Source: Oscillospiraceae bacterium (GTDB taxonomy: Bacteria; Bacillota; Clostridia; Oscillospirales; Oscillospiraceae). Taken from it: 64,000 nt of DNA. Shown here one piece after another: positions 28,318 to 36,714 of this stretch. The first letter of the stretch is position 1; every line of letters begins with the position of its first letter. The notes beneath the pieces are model-generated. The model had not been told where the DNA came from. It did not search any database and was given only the letters and a program-made list of their open reading frames with translations. The translations under genes and the position numbers were made by a program. The stretch spans positions 6,619 through 70,618 of the forward strand of contig CACYXE010000015.1 of NCBI GenBank assembly GCA_902778275.1, read 5' to 3'.

Positions 28318-30255
28318 ATGGATGCACAGCATTTGAATCATATCCCCCGGGATGATATTTATCTGTTCAATACCGGCAACGCGCGGAAGGCCTGGCTCTG
28401 CTTCGGCTGCCGCTATGTGCCGGAGCTGGACGCCCACCGTTTCCTGGTCTGGGCGCCCAACGCCAGGGCGGTCAGTCTGGTGGGTGACTTCAACGGATGG
28501 GACTGGGGTGCAACGCCCATGGAAAAACTGGAAGGCGGCGTCTGGGCCGTGTTCCTGGGGGGGCTGCAGGACGGTCAGCGCTATAAATACTGCGTGACCG
28601 GCGCCGACGGCAGAGAGGTACTGAAGGCGGACCCCTTTGCGGCCTATTCCCAGTGCGGCATGGAGACGGCCTCCATGGTGTGGACCGAGCGGGAATACCC
28701 ATGGAGCGATGGGGCGTATATGAAAAAGCGCGCCCGGCGCAATTTCATGAGCAGCCCCATGAGCATCTACGAACTCCATCCGGGCTCATGGCAGATCCCG
28801 GAGGGCGGGGTCAGCTATCGCTGGCTGGCGGACAGCCTGTCGGAGTACTGCGTGGACATGGGCTATACCCATGTGGAACTGATGCCGGTCACCGAGTATC
28901 CCTATGACGGTTCCTGGGGCTATCAGGTCACGGGCTATTATGCCCCCACCTCCCGCTACGGCTCGCCGGACGATTTCCGTTATTTCGTGGATAAGCTGCA
29001 CAGTGTGGGACTGGGCGTGATCATGGACTGGGTCCCGGCCCACTTCCCCAAGGACGAGCACGGCCTTGCCATGTTTGACGGGACGCCCCTGTTCGAGTGC
29101 AAGGAACGACGCATGGCCGAGCACCCGGAGTGGGGCACGCTGATCTTTGACTATGCCAGCGATCAGGTCCAGAGCTTTCTGGTCTCCTCCGCCTGCAAAT
29201 TCTTTGAGGAGTTCCATATTGACGGCATTCGTGTGGACGCTGTCAGCTCCATGCTGTACTTAAACTACGGCCGGCGGGACGGGGAGTTTACCCCCAACGA
29301 GGAGGGCGGCGTGACCAACCTGCACGCCTTGGACTTCCTGCGGAAGATGAACTCCGCGGTGCTGTCCAACTATCCCGGCGCGGTCACCGTGGCGGAGGAA
29401 TCCACCGCTTTCCCGCTGATCACGGCGCCTCCCGACGTGGGCGGCGTGGGCTTCAGCCTGAAGTGGGACATGGGCTTCATGCACGACACCATCGATTATA
29501 TGAAGCTGGATCCCTACTTCCGCAGCTTCAACCACAACAGGCTGACCTTCTCCATGATGTACGCTTTCTCGGAGAACTATGTGCTGGCCTATTCCCATGA
29601 TGAGGTGGTGCACGGGAAGCTGTCCATGATCAACAAGATGAGCGGGGACTACGATCAGAAATTCGCCTCCCTGCGCGCCCTGTACGGCTATCAGTTCGGG
29701 CACCCCGGCAAGAAGCTGAACTTCATGGGCAGTGAGTTCGGACAGTTCATCGAATGGAACTGGAAACAGGGGCTGGACTGGCTGCTGCTGGACTATCCCC
29801 GGCATGAGGAGCTGCGCCGCTATATGCGCGCGCTCAACAAGCTGTACACGTCCACCCCCGCTCTCTATGCGGTGGACCGCTCCTGGGACGGCTTCAAGTG
29901 GCTGAATGTGGACGATGCGGGCAGGAGCTCCGTGGCTTTCCTGCGCTCGGCGAAGAAGGAAAACAGCTATGTGGTCTGTGTCTGCAACTTTACGCCGGTA
30001 TCCTATGAGGGTTTTGTGATCGGCCTGCCCAAGGCCGGTACTTTGAAGGAGATCCTCAACAGCGATGATTTCCAGTACGGTGGAAAAGGCGAGGGCAATC
30101 CCAAGCTGATCCGCAGCAGAAAAGAGGCCTTTTTGGATATGCAGTATTCGGCGGCGCTGACGCTGCCTGCTATGTCGACGCTGTTCTTCCGCTATACGCC
30201 GAAGAAAGAAACAGCGGGCAAAGCTGCGGCCCCTAAGGAGAAAAAGAAAAAATGA
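28318..30255 (+). CDS. glgB: 1,4-alpha-glucan branching enzyme
   Basis: 645 aa. GH13_9 blocks DWVPAHF, GIRVDAV, EESTAFP, YSHDEV. Confidence 0.92.
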   Translation: MDAQHLNHIPRDDIYLFNTGNARKAWLCFGCRYVPELDAHRFLVWAPNARAVSLVGDFNGWDWGATPMEKLEGGVWAVFLGGLQDGQRYKYCVTGADGREVLKADPFAAYSQCGMETASMVWTEREYPWSDGAYMKKRARRNFMSSPMSIYELHPGSWQIPEGGVSYRWLADSLSEYCVDMGYTHVELMPVTEYPYDGSWGYQVTGYYAPTSRYGSPDDFRYFVDKLHSVGLGVIMDWVPAHFPKDEHGLAMFDGTPLFECKERRMAEHPEWGTLIFDYASDQVQSFLVSSACKFFEEFHIDGIRVDAVSSMLYLNYGRRDGEFTPNEEGGVTNLHALDFLRKMNSAVLSNYPGAVTVAEESTAFPLITAPPDVGGVGFSLKWDMGFMHDTIDYMKLDPYFRSFNHNRLTFSMMYAFSENYVLAYSHDEVVHGKLSMINKMSGDYDQKFASLRALYGYQFGHPGKKLNFMGSEFGQFIEWNWKQGLDWLLLDYPRHEELRRYMRALNKLYTSTPALYAVDRSWDGFKWLNVDDAGRSSVAFLRSAKKENSYVVCVCNFTPVSYEGFVIGLPKAGTLKEILNSDDFQYGGKGEGNPKLIRSRKEAFLDMQYSAALTLPAMSTLFFRYTPKKETAGKAAAPKEKKKK

Positions 30256-30324
30256 AGCTGGTCTGTCCGCCTTGCCGCGGAGCGGGCGGAAAAACAGAAA
30301 AGCCGCGGCAGAATGGAGAAGTCA

Positions 30325-31803
30325 ATGAAAAAAGAGTTTCGTGATCTGCTGAAAGAAAAGGGGAGAGACAAGCTGCCCGCCGTACTGCTGGCGGCGGCGG
30401 AGTGCGCCCCCTTGTCCAAGACCGGAGGTCTGGCCGACGTGGTGGGGACCCTGCCCAAGTCCCTGGCCGCTCTGGGCATCGACGCCCGGGTCATCACCCC
30501 GTATCACCGGGTAATCAAGGAAAAGTACGCCGACCAGGTGGAGCACATGTTCTATTTTTATGTGCAGCTGGGCTGGCGCCGGGAGTACGCGGGTATCGAG
30601 AAGCTGGTGCTGGACGGCGTGACCATCTATCTGGTGGACAATGAACACTATTTTGGCGACCGGATCTACTGGGGCGGTGAAGCGGAAGGAGAGCAGTACG
30701 CTTTCTTCACCCGCGCCGTGTTGGACGCCCTGCCCAATCTGGACTTCCAGCCGGAAGTGGTACACTGCAACGACTGGCATACGGCCATGATCCCCATGCT
30801 GGGGCGTACCCAGTATCCCGGCGGCATGCAGGAGAATCTGCGCTATCTGCTGACCATCCACAACATTGCCTTCCAGGGCATCTACAGCTTCGACTATGTA
30901 AAGGATCTGCTGGGGGTAGAGGACAAGTATCTGACTTCCGAGTTCATGGAGCTCAACGGCTGCGCCAATTACATGAAGGGCGGTCTGGTGTTCTCCCACA
31001 AGATCAATACCGTCAGCCCCAGCTACGCCCGGGAGATCATGATGCCCTACTATGCCGAGGGCCTGGAGGGTATCCTCAACGCACGTCATGACGACGTGAG
31101 CGGCATCATCAACGGCATCGACAAGGTGACCTTCAATCCCCGTACCGATCCGCTGCTGCCCGCCCACTTCGACCGGGGCCACCGCAAGGGAAAGGCCGCC
31201 TGCAAGGCTGCGCTGCAGGAGCGGATGGGTCTGGAGCAGCGGCCGAACGTGCCGTTGTTCGCAATGGTCACCCGCATGACCGAGCAGAAGGGCTTCGATC
31301 TGGTGGCCTGTGTGCTGGACGATATGATGAGCCGGGAGGACATGCAGTTCATGCTGCTGGGCACCGGCGACTCCCGCTTTGAAAACTTTATGCGGCAGGC
31401 GGAGGAGCGCTACAGGGGCCGGCTTTGCGCCTACATAGGCTACAGCGAGGAGCTGAGCCATCTGGTCTATGCGGGCAGCGATTTCTTCCTGATGCCTTCC
31501 CGCTTCGAGCCCTGCGGACTGAGCCAGATGATCGCCATGCGCTACGGCTCTCTGCCCATCGTGCGGGAGACCGGCGGCCTGCGGGACACGGTCCAGCCTT
31601 ACAATCAGTACACCGGCGAGGGTGACGGCTTCTCCTTTGCCAATTTCGACGCCTGGGAGATGCGCGACACCATCCACAAGGCCATCGAAGCCTACTATAA
31701 GAAAGACGTTATGGAGGGGCTGATCACCAGCGCCATGAAGGCTGATTTCGGCTTTGAACTGTCCGCCATGGAGTATGCGAGGCTCTATCTATGCATGCTG
31801 TGA
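30325..31803 (+). CDS. glgA: Glycogen synthase (ADP-glucose type, GT5)
   Basis: AECAPLSKTGGLADVVG motif and SRFEPCGLSQM. ATG 30325 has GGAG 6 nt upstream; ATG 30313 is also possible. Confidence 0.9.
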   Translation: MKKEFRDLLKEKGRDKLPAVLLAAAECAPLSKTGGLADVVGTLPKSLAALGIDARVITPYHRVIKEKYADQVEHMFYFYVQLGWRREYAGIEKLVLDGVTIYLVDNEHYFGDRIYWGGEAEGEQYAFFTRAVLDALPNLDFQPEVVHCNDWHTAMIPMLGRTQYPGGMQENLRYLLTIHNIAFQGIYSFDYVKDLLGVEDKYLTSEFMELNGCANYMKGGLVFSHKINTVSPSYAREIMMPYYAEGLEGILNARHDDVSGIINGIDKVTFNPRTDPLLPAHFDRGHRKGKAACKAALQERMGLEQRPNVPLFAMVTRMTEQKGFDLVACVLDDMMSREDMQFMLLGTGDSRFENFMRQAEERYRGRLCAYIGYSEELSHLVYAGSDFFLMPSRFEPCGLSQMIAMRYGSLPIVRETGGLRDTVQPYNQYTGEGDGFSFANFDAWEMRDTIHKAIEAYYKKDVMEGLITSAMKADFGFELSAMEYARLYLCML

Positions 31804-34208
31804 GGTCCACAGCATCCTGCACCCTGACAGAGGGCGCATATCCTGGAGACCTGGAGATCCCCTTCGGCGGCAGTTATCGGGAATGCTGGTCGGAGGATTA
31901 TACCCTTTCCATCCAGTACGAGGGGCGGCGGTATGTACGCGCGGCCTGGACCGACGGCTGCTGGCAGGCCGTGGGAGGCGATCCTGTACTGACGGGTCAG
32001 CTGCGTACAGGAAATTGCCCGGCAATGACCCTGCAGTATTTTCAGGCGGCGGCAGAAGTGTCCGCCGCGGTGCAGCGCTGCGAGAGAAACGGCCTGCGTC
32101 TGGAACAGCTCCAGGAGTGCGCAGGCTTTTCACCGAATCCTCTGACCGGGCCGGAGCTGCTGCGCCTGCTGATGGACGACAGGGGCTTTCCCCTGAACTA
32201 TGCCTATCAGGTGGTGGCAAGCTGCTGCGAGGATCTGGTGGCGGCGGGCGTGGACGTGGAAGCGGTCTACCCGCTCCAGCCGCGCACAGCCCATGTGATC
32301 AGCATCCTGCGCCGCTGCAGCAGAAACGTGTTAGCCCTGCAGCACAACAGCACGGAGCCGACGTTTCGTGATCCGATCGGAGCTGTCCCGGAGGGGACGG
32401 AGCTTTGCCTGGCGGTCCGTGTCCTGTCCGGCGATGTGGAACAGGCCTATCTCCATCTGTATGGGGACGCTTTTGAAAATGAGATCCCGATGAAGCGGGA
32501 GGGGGATCTGTACCGCTGTGTTTTCCGGGTACCGGATACGGCGGAGGCGCTGTGGTACAGTTTCCGGGTAGAGACCGGGACCAGTTCCCATTGGCTCTGT
32601 CCGGATGAGACCGGCTACCGGGGGCGCCTGTACGGATATCAGGCGCCGGGCTTTCGGCTGACGGTCTATCGCAAGGACTTTGAAACGCCTGCCTGGTTCC
32701 GGCGCAGCGTGATGTATCAGATCTTTCCGGACCGCTTTGCCTTTTCGACGGATGACATCGCCCGGCGCGGCGTCGCCTATCATCAGGGCCTGGGTCAGAC
32801 GCCGGAGCTGCATGAACATGTGGAAGAGCCGGTGCGCTGGCAATCCCGGCCCTTTGAAGAGGATTACAGCCCGGACGATTTTTACGGCGGCACGCTCGAT
32901 GGAATCCGGGAGAAGCTGCCCTATTTGAAGGAGCTGGGCGTCAATTGCCTGTACCTGAATCCCATCGTGGAGGCTCGCTCCAACCACCGCTATGACACCT
33001 CGGACTATCTGCGGGTGGACCCGATCCTGGGCAGCAATGAGGACTTTGAACGGCTCTGCACAGAGGCCGCGGCCCAGGGGATCCGCATCATCCTGGACGG
33101 CGTCTACTCCCATACGGGGGCGGACAGCGTATATTTCAACCGCTGGGGACACTACCCGGACAAGGGTGCCTGCCAGGGGTCGGATTCGCCGTATTTCGGC
33201 TGGTACGATTTTTACAGCTACCCCGATGATTACCGCTGCTGGTGGGGCTTCCGGGATCTGCCGGAGGTGGACGAGGAGAACCCGGACTGGCAGCAGTTCG
33301 TGATCCGGGGTGAGAACAGTGTGGTCAAAACCTGGCTTCGCCGGGGCGCCTCCGGCTGGCGACTGGACGTGGCGGACGAGCTGCCGGATCATGTGCTGGC
33401 TCTGATCCGCCAGGCGTCCAAGGAGGAGAAACCGGACGCGCTGGTGTTGGGCGAGGTCTGGGAGGACGCGGTCATCAAGGAGAGCTACGGGGGACGGCGC
33501 AACTATGCCCTGGGCTACTCGCTGGACACTGTGATGAATTACCCCCTGCGCACCGCGGTGCTGAACTTCATGCACCGCAACATCAGCGCCTATGCTCTGC
33601 GCGATTTTCTGATCGGCCAGCAGATGAATTATCCCGGGCCCATGTACTATTCCCTGATGAATCTGATGGGCTCGCACGACGTGGAACGGCTGCGTACAGC
33701 TCTGGCCGCGAACATCAACTACGACGATTTAAGCCGGGAAGCACAGATGCATCTGTATTTTTCCCCGGAGGACCTGGACCGCGCTTCCCAATTGGAGATG
33801 CTGTGCGCGGCGATCCAGTTCGCCCTGCCCGGTGTGCCGAGCATCTATTACGGGGATGAGCAGGGCATGTGCGGGGTACGGGACCCCTTCAACCGAATGC
33901 CCTTCAAGGAGGGGCACCGGCAGCTGCACGAGTATTATGCGGCGCTGGCCAAGATGCGCCGCAGCGCGGATGCCCTGTCTACCGGCAAAGTCCGCTTCCT
34001 GGCTGCCAGCGGGGATGTGCTGCTGATCCTGCGCTATATCACCGATGGAAAAGATGTGTTCGGCCAGCCTGCGGAGAACGGCGCGTTCCTCGCGGTGATC
34101 AACCGGGGCGATACGGAAGCGGTGTTTTCAGTGGACTGCAGTGAGGTCAGCCCGGGTCAAATCAAGGGGAAGATCGACGCCTGCTCGGCGGAGATCCTGG
34201 TATTATAA
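31791..34208 (+). CDS. GH13 alpha-amylase-family glycosidase (neopullulanase/debranching-like) with a long N-terminal extension
   Basis: MYQIFPDRF, LYLNPI, DGVYSHTG, GWRLDVADE, GEVWED and GSHDVER blocks. Overlaps the glgA end by 13 nt. The exact start is uncertain. Confidence 0.82.
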   Translation: MHAVRSTASCTLTEGAYPGDLEIPFGGSYRECWSEDYTLSIQYEGRRYVRAAWTDGCWQAVGGDPVLTGQLRTGNCPAMTLQYFQAAAEVSAAVQRCERNGLRLEQLQECAGFSPNPLTGPELLRLLMDDRGFPLNYAYQVVASCCEDLVAAGVDVEAVYPLQPRTAHVISILRRCSRNVLALQHNSTEPTFRDPIGAVPEGTELCLAVRVLSGDVEQAYLHLYGDAFENEIPMKREGDLYRCVFRVPDTAEALWYSFRVETGTSSHWLCPDETGYRGRLYGYQAPGFRLTVYRKDFETPAWFRRSVMYQIFPDRFAFSTDDIARRGVAYHQGLGQTPELHEHVEEPVRWQSRPFEEDYSPDDFYGGTLDGIREKLPYLKELGVNCLYLNPIVEARSNHRYDTSDYLRVDPILGSNEDFERLCTEAAAQGIRIILDGVYSHTGADSVYFNRWGHYPDKGACQGSDSPYFGWYDFYSYPDDYRCWWGFRDLPEVDEENPDWQQFVIRGENSVVKTWLRRGASGWRLDVADELPDHVLALIRQASKEEKPDALVLGEVWEDAVIKESYGGRRNYALGYSLDTVMNYPLRTAVLNFMHRNISAYALRDFLIGQQMNYPGPMYYSLMNLMGSHDVERLRTALAANINYDDLSREAQMHLYFSPEDLDRASQLEMLCAAIQFALPGVPSIYYGDEQGMCGVRDPFNRMPFKEGHRQLHEYYAALAKMRRSADALSTGKVRFLAASGDVLLILRYITDGKDVFGQPAENGAFLAVINRGDTEAVFSVDCSEVSPGQIKGKIDACSAEILVL

Positions 34209-34219
34209 GGAGCGTTTTC

Positions 34220-35728
34220 ATGGAGAAAAGGGAACTGTCCGTTCTGGAGCGGCTGTTTGGCTGGCTGGCAGAACGGATGCGCGAAAACAGAATACCGCTG
34301 CTCTGCGGCATTGCGGCGGGGCTGCTGGCGCATATGTTCGCCTTTACCAACAAGCTGGTCAATGCGGACGAGGTCTGGTCCCTGTTCGAGCGGGGGGCGA
34401 CCATTACCTCCGGCCGCTGGGGACTGGAGCTTTCCAAGTGGATCTTTCCCAGTATTTCCATGCCCTGGATCTACGGGGTGATCAGTATCGTTCTGCTGAC
34501 TGTGACGGCCTGCGTCACCATCCGCCTGTTTCAGATCCGCAGCAGGTGCCTGCAGGCCCTGCTGGCGGCTGTATTCGTCAGCTTCCCCTCGGAGACGGGC
34601 TTGTTCTGCTTCATGTTTACCAGCGCACCCTATGCTCTGGCCTTTCTGCTGGCGGTCATCGCGGTGGCTCTGGCGGAGCGCGGCGGGAAAGTGAACTGGC
34701 TCATGAGCTTCCTGCTGCTGGTGCTGGCGATGGGCACGTATCAGGCCTATGTGGCCGTCGTAGCCAGCTTCTTTGTGATCCGCATGATCCAGCGGCTGCT
34801 GCGCGGCGAGGGAAGCGCGAAGGAGGTCTTGCTCTACGGCGTATATCGGCTGGGCCTGCTGATCGTCAGCCTTGTGGTATATTACCTGATCAGCCTGGCT
34901 GCTGCGCGGCTCTCCGGCCTGGGCTTTGCTGACTACGGCGTGTCCCGCTGGACGAGTATCTTTTATAAGATCGCGTTGGCCTACAGCGCCTTTCTGCATA
35001 CCTTTACCAGAGGCTATTTCGCCTTTGTCCGGTCGCCGCTGGCTATGATCCTGCATTTCCTGCTGGCTCTGGCTGCCGCGGTGCTCCTGCTCCGTTGGCT
35101 GCTCCGCTGCAAAGACCGGGCCAGGGGCCTGCTGCTGGTGATTTGCCTGCTGCTGTTTCCCCTAAGTGCGTACTGCATTTACCTGATCGCCGAGGTCGAC
35201 ATCATCCACTCGCTGGTGCTGGTCAGCTTCCTGTCGGTCTATGTGCTGGCGGCTGTGGTCGTGGAGACTGCGGAAGGAAAAGCCGGGCGCTGGAGCCGGG
35301 ACGCGGTACTTTTGTCTCTGCTGCTGGTTATGGCGGGGAATGTGCTGTTCGCCAATAAGGTGTATTTGAAAATGCACTTCCAGTATGAGCAGGCTTATTC
35401 CATATACACCAGTATCATCACGCAGATCGAGAGTACGGAGGGCTTTGATGCGGACAAGAAAGTCGCCATTGTCGGGAACGGGGATCAGCAGGGTCTGGAG
35501 ATGGAGGAGCTTGACGCGGAGGGCCTCATGGGACCCAGCAAAAATCTGATCGATATCTACACGAGGGAGCTGTTCATGCAGCGGTATCTGGGCTTTGATG
35601 TGAGCTTCGCGACAACGGCTGAGCGCAGGGCGCTGCAGAAGGATGAGCGGGTACAGGCTATGCCGTGTTATCCCTATTATGGCTCCGTCCAGGTGATCGA
35701 CGACTACATCGTTGTCCGGCTGGACTAA
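34220..35728 (+). CDS. Polytopic membrane protein, glucosyltransferase-domain (Glucos_trans_II)-like
   Basis: AAGGAG SD; 502 aa. N-terminal block FAFTNKLVNADEV...GRWGL resembles that family. The family call is from memory only. Confidence 0.5.
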   Translation: MEKRELSVLERLFGWLAERMRENRIPLLCGIAAGLLAHMFAFTNKLVNADEVWSLFERGATITSGRWGLELSKWIFPSISMPWIYGVISIVLLTVTACVTIRLFQIRSRCLQALLAAVFVSFPSETGLFCFMFTSAPYALAFLLAVIAVALAERGGKVNWLMSFLLLVLAMGTYQAYVAVVASFFVIRMIQRLLRGEGSAKEVLLYGVYRLGLLIVSLVVYYLISLAAARLSGLGFADYGVSRWTSIFYKIALAYSAFLHTFTRGYFAFVRSPLAMILHFLLALAAAVLLLRWLLRCKDRARGLLLVICLLLFPLSAYCIYLIAEVDIIHSLVLVSFLSVYVLAAVVVETAEGKAGRWSRDAVLLSLLLVMAGNVLFANKVYLKMHFQYEQAYSIYTSIITQIESTEGFDADKKVAIVGNGDQQGLEMEELDAEGLMGPSKNLIDIYTRELFMQRYLGFDVSFATTAERRALQKDERVQAMPCYPYYGSVQVIDDYIVVRLD

Positions 35729-35739
35729 GGTGCACAACA

Positions 35740-35774
35740 GTCGCAAAGGGCGCAATTGGCAGGCCCTTTGCGAC
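35740..35774 (+). terminator. Hairpin after the membrane-protein gene
   Basis: 12-bp perfect stem GTCGCAAAGGGC / GCCCTTTGCGAC with an 11-nt loop. Weak T-tract. Confidence 0.5.
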
Positions 35775-35788
35775 TAAAGAATTTCCTC

Positions 35789-35816
35789 TTTACAAATCCG
35801 AATTTCGTGTTATAAT
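35789..35816 (+). promoter_or_regulatory. Promoter of tRNA-Ala
   Basis: TTTACA, 16 nt, TATAAT with an extended -10 TGT. Confidence 0.6.
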
Positions 35817-35858
35817 AACAAGGCGTTCAAACAGAAAGCTGTTTGAAAAAGCGTATAA

Positions 35859-35935
35859 GGGCTTGTAGCTCAGCTGGGAGAGCGCACGGTTCGCATCCGT
35901 GAGGTTCGAGGGTTCGATCCCCTTCAAGTCCACCA
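35859..35935 (+). tRNA. tRNA-Ala (anticodon CGC), CCA encoded
   Basis: Cloverleaf folds by hand. Acceptor GGGCTTG/CAAGTCC with the G3:U70 Ala identity pair, anticodon loop TTCGCAT, T-loop TTCGATC. 77 nt with one extra variable-loop base. Confidence 0.9.
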
Positions 35936-35970
35936 AAAAGAGCAGCACCCGTTTGGGTGCTGCTCTTTTT
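35936..35970 (+). terminator. Intrinsic terminator after tRNA-Ala
   Basis: AAAAGAGCAGCACCC / GGGTGCTGCTCTTTT with loop GTTT and a T-run. Confidence 0.8.
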
Positions 35971-35980
35971 GGTGGACAAG

Positions 35981-36091
35981 GGATGATCGAATCAAAATCG
36001 AACAGCCCAGCGGGCTGTTCATTGACCAGTGCGGACACTGGTCAATTCTTTAATCGGCGAAGCCGATGCATGCGATCATCCTTCAAGTCCA
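35981..36091 (+). other. Cloverleaf-like four-way junction ending in a duplicate of the tRNA-Ala 3' end
   Basis: Closing stem GGATGATCG (35981..35989) / CGATCATCC (36073..36081) encloses hairpins 36000..36020, 36021..36046 and 36053..36067. CCTTCAAGTCCA at 36080..36091 repeats 35921..35932. Confidence 0.55.
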
Positions 36092-36223
36092 TTGTTCAAG
36101 ATTGCGACCCGGCCTATGAACACAGATGCGACAGCGTTGACCATTTAAAAATAAACAGGATCATGCATATTTCCCAGAGAAAACGACATACTAAACAGGA
36201 ATGTTGAGAAAGGGGGAGAGCAC

Positions 36224-36658
36224 ATGATAGAACAAGATACCATCAAGCTGCTGCGGGAATGTGACGCGGGCGTAAAAATGGGCGTTAGCGCCATCGAGGA
36301 TGTGCTGGGTTACGTGCATGACGGTGAGCTGGAGCAAAAGCTGCAGACCAGCCGCCGGGAGCATGTTGCACTGGCCGGGCGGATCGAAGCGGAGCTCAAC
36401 CGCTTCCGGGACGTGGGGAAGGACCCCAATCCCATCGCGGCGAAAATGAGCTGGATCAAGACCAACGCGGAGCTGATGATGAACGGCACAGACCAGACCG
36501 TGGCGTCGCTTATGACCGATGGCTGCAACATGGGAGTGAAGTCCCTCAACCGCTACCTGAACGAATACAAGGCGGCGGACGAACAGTCCAAGGACATCGC
36601 CAAGCGGCTGATCCACCTGGAGGAACAGCTGACAGGGGACATGCGCGCCTATCTTTGA
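36224..36658 (+). CDS. Hypothetical all-helical 144-aa protein (possibly a four-helix-bundle/ferritin-like family)
   Basis: GGGGGAG SD and heptad-like helical sequence. The family assignment is uncertain. Confidence 0.4.
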   Translation: MIEQDTIKLLRECDAGVKMGVSAIEDVLGYVHDGELEQKLQTSRREHVALAGRIEAELNRFRDVGKDPNPIAAKMSWIKTNAELMMNGTDQTVASLMTDGCNMGVKSLNRYLNEYKAADEQSKDIAKRLIHLEEQLTGDMRAYL

Positions 36659-36662
36659 AACG

Positions 36663-36696
36663 AAAAAGGACCCGGCCCTGCGGCCGGATCCTTTTT
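36663..36696. terminator. Bidirectional terminator
   Basis: AAAAAGGACCCGGCC / GGCCGGATCCTTTTT (one mismatch) between convergent genes. Confidence 0.7.
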
Positions 36697-36714
36697 CATT
36701 TGTCGGGTTTACAG

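Noticed and set aside
34141-34932. 263-aa plus-strand ORF spanning the GH13 end and the membrane-protein start.
   Set aside because: It is out of frame with both well-supported genes. It has no SD and an Arg/Gly/Ala-rich composition.
35859-36224. A genomic island or integrative element at tRNA-Ala.
   Set aside because: Only a roughly 150-bp interval separates the duplicated tRNA 3' end copies. No integrase, excisionase, transposase or phage gene exists nearby, and the downstream genes look like ordinary metabolic genes. I kept it as a finding (a scar or a structured element), not as a mobile_element feature.
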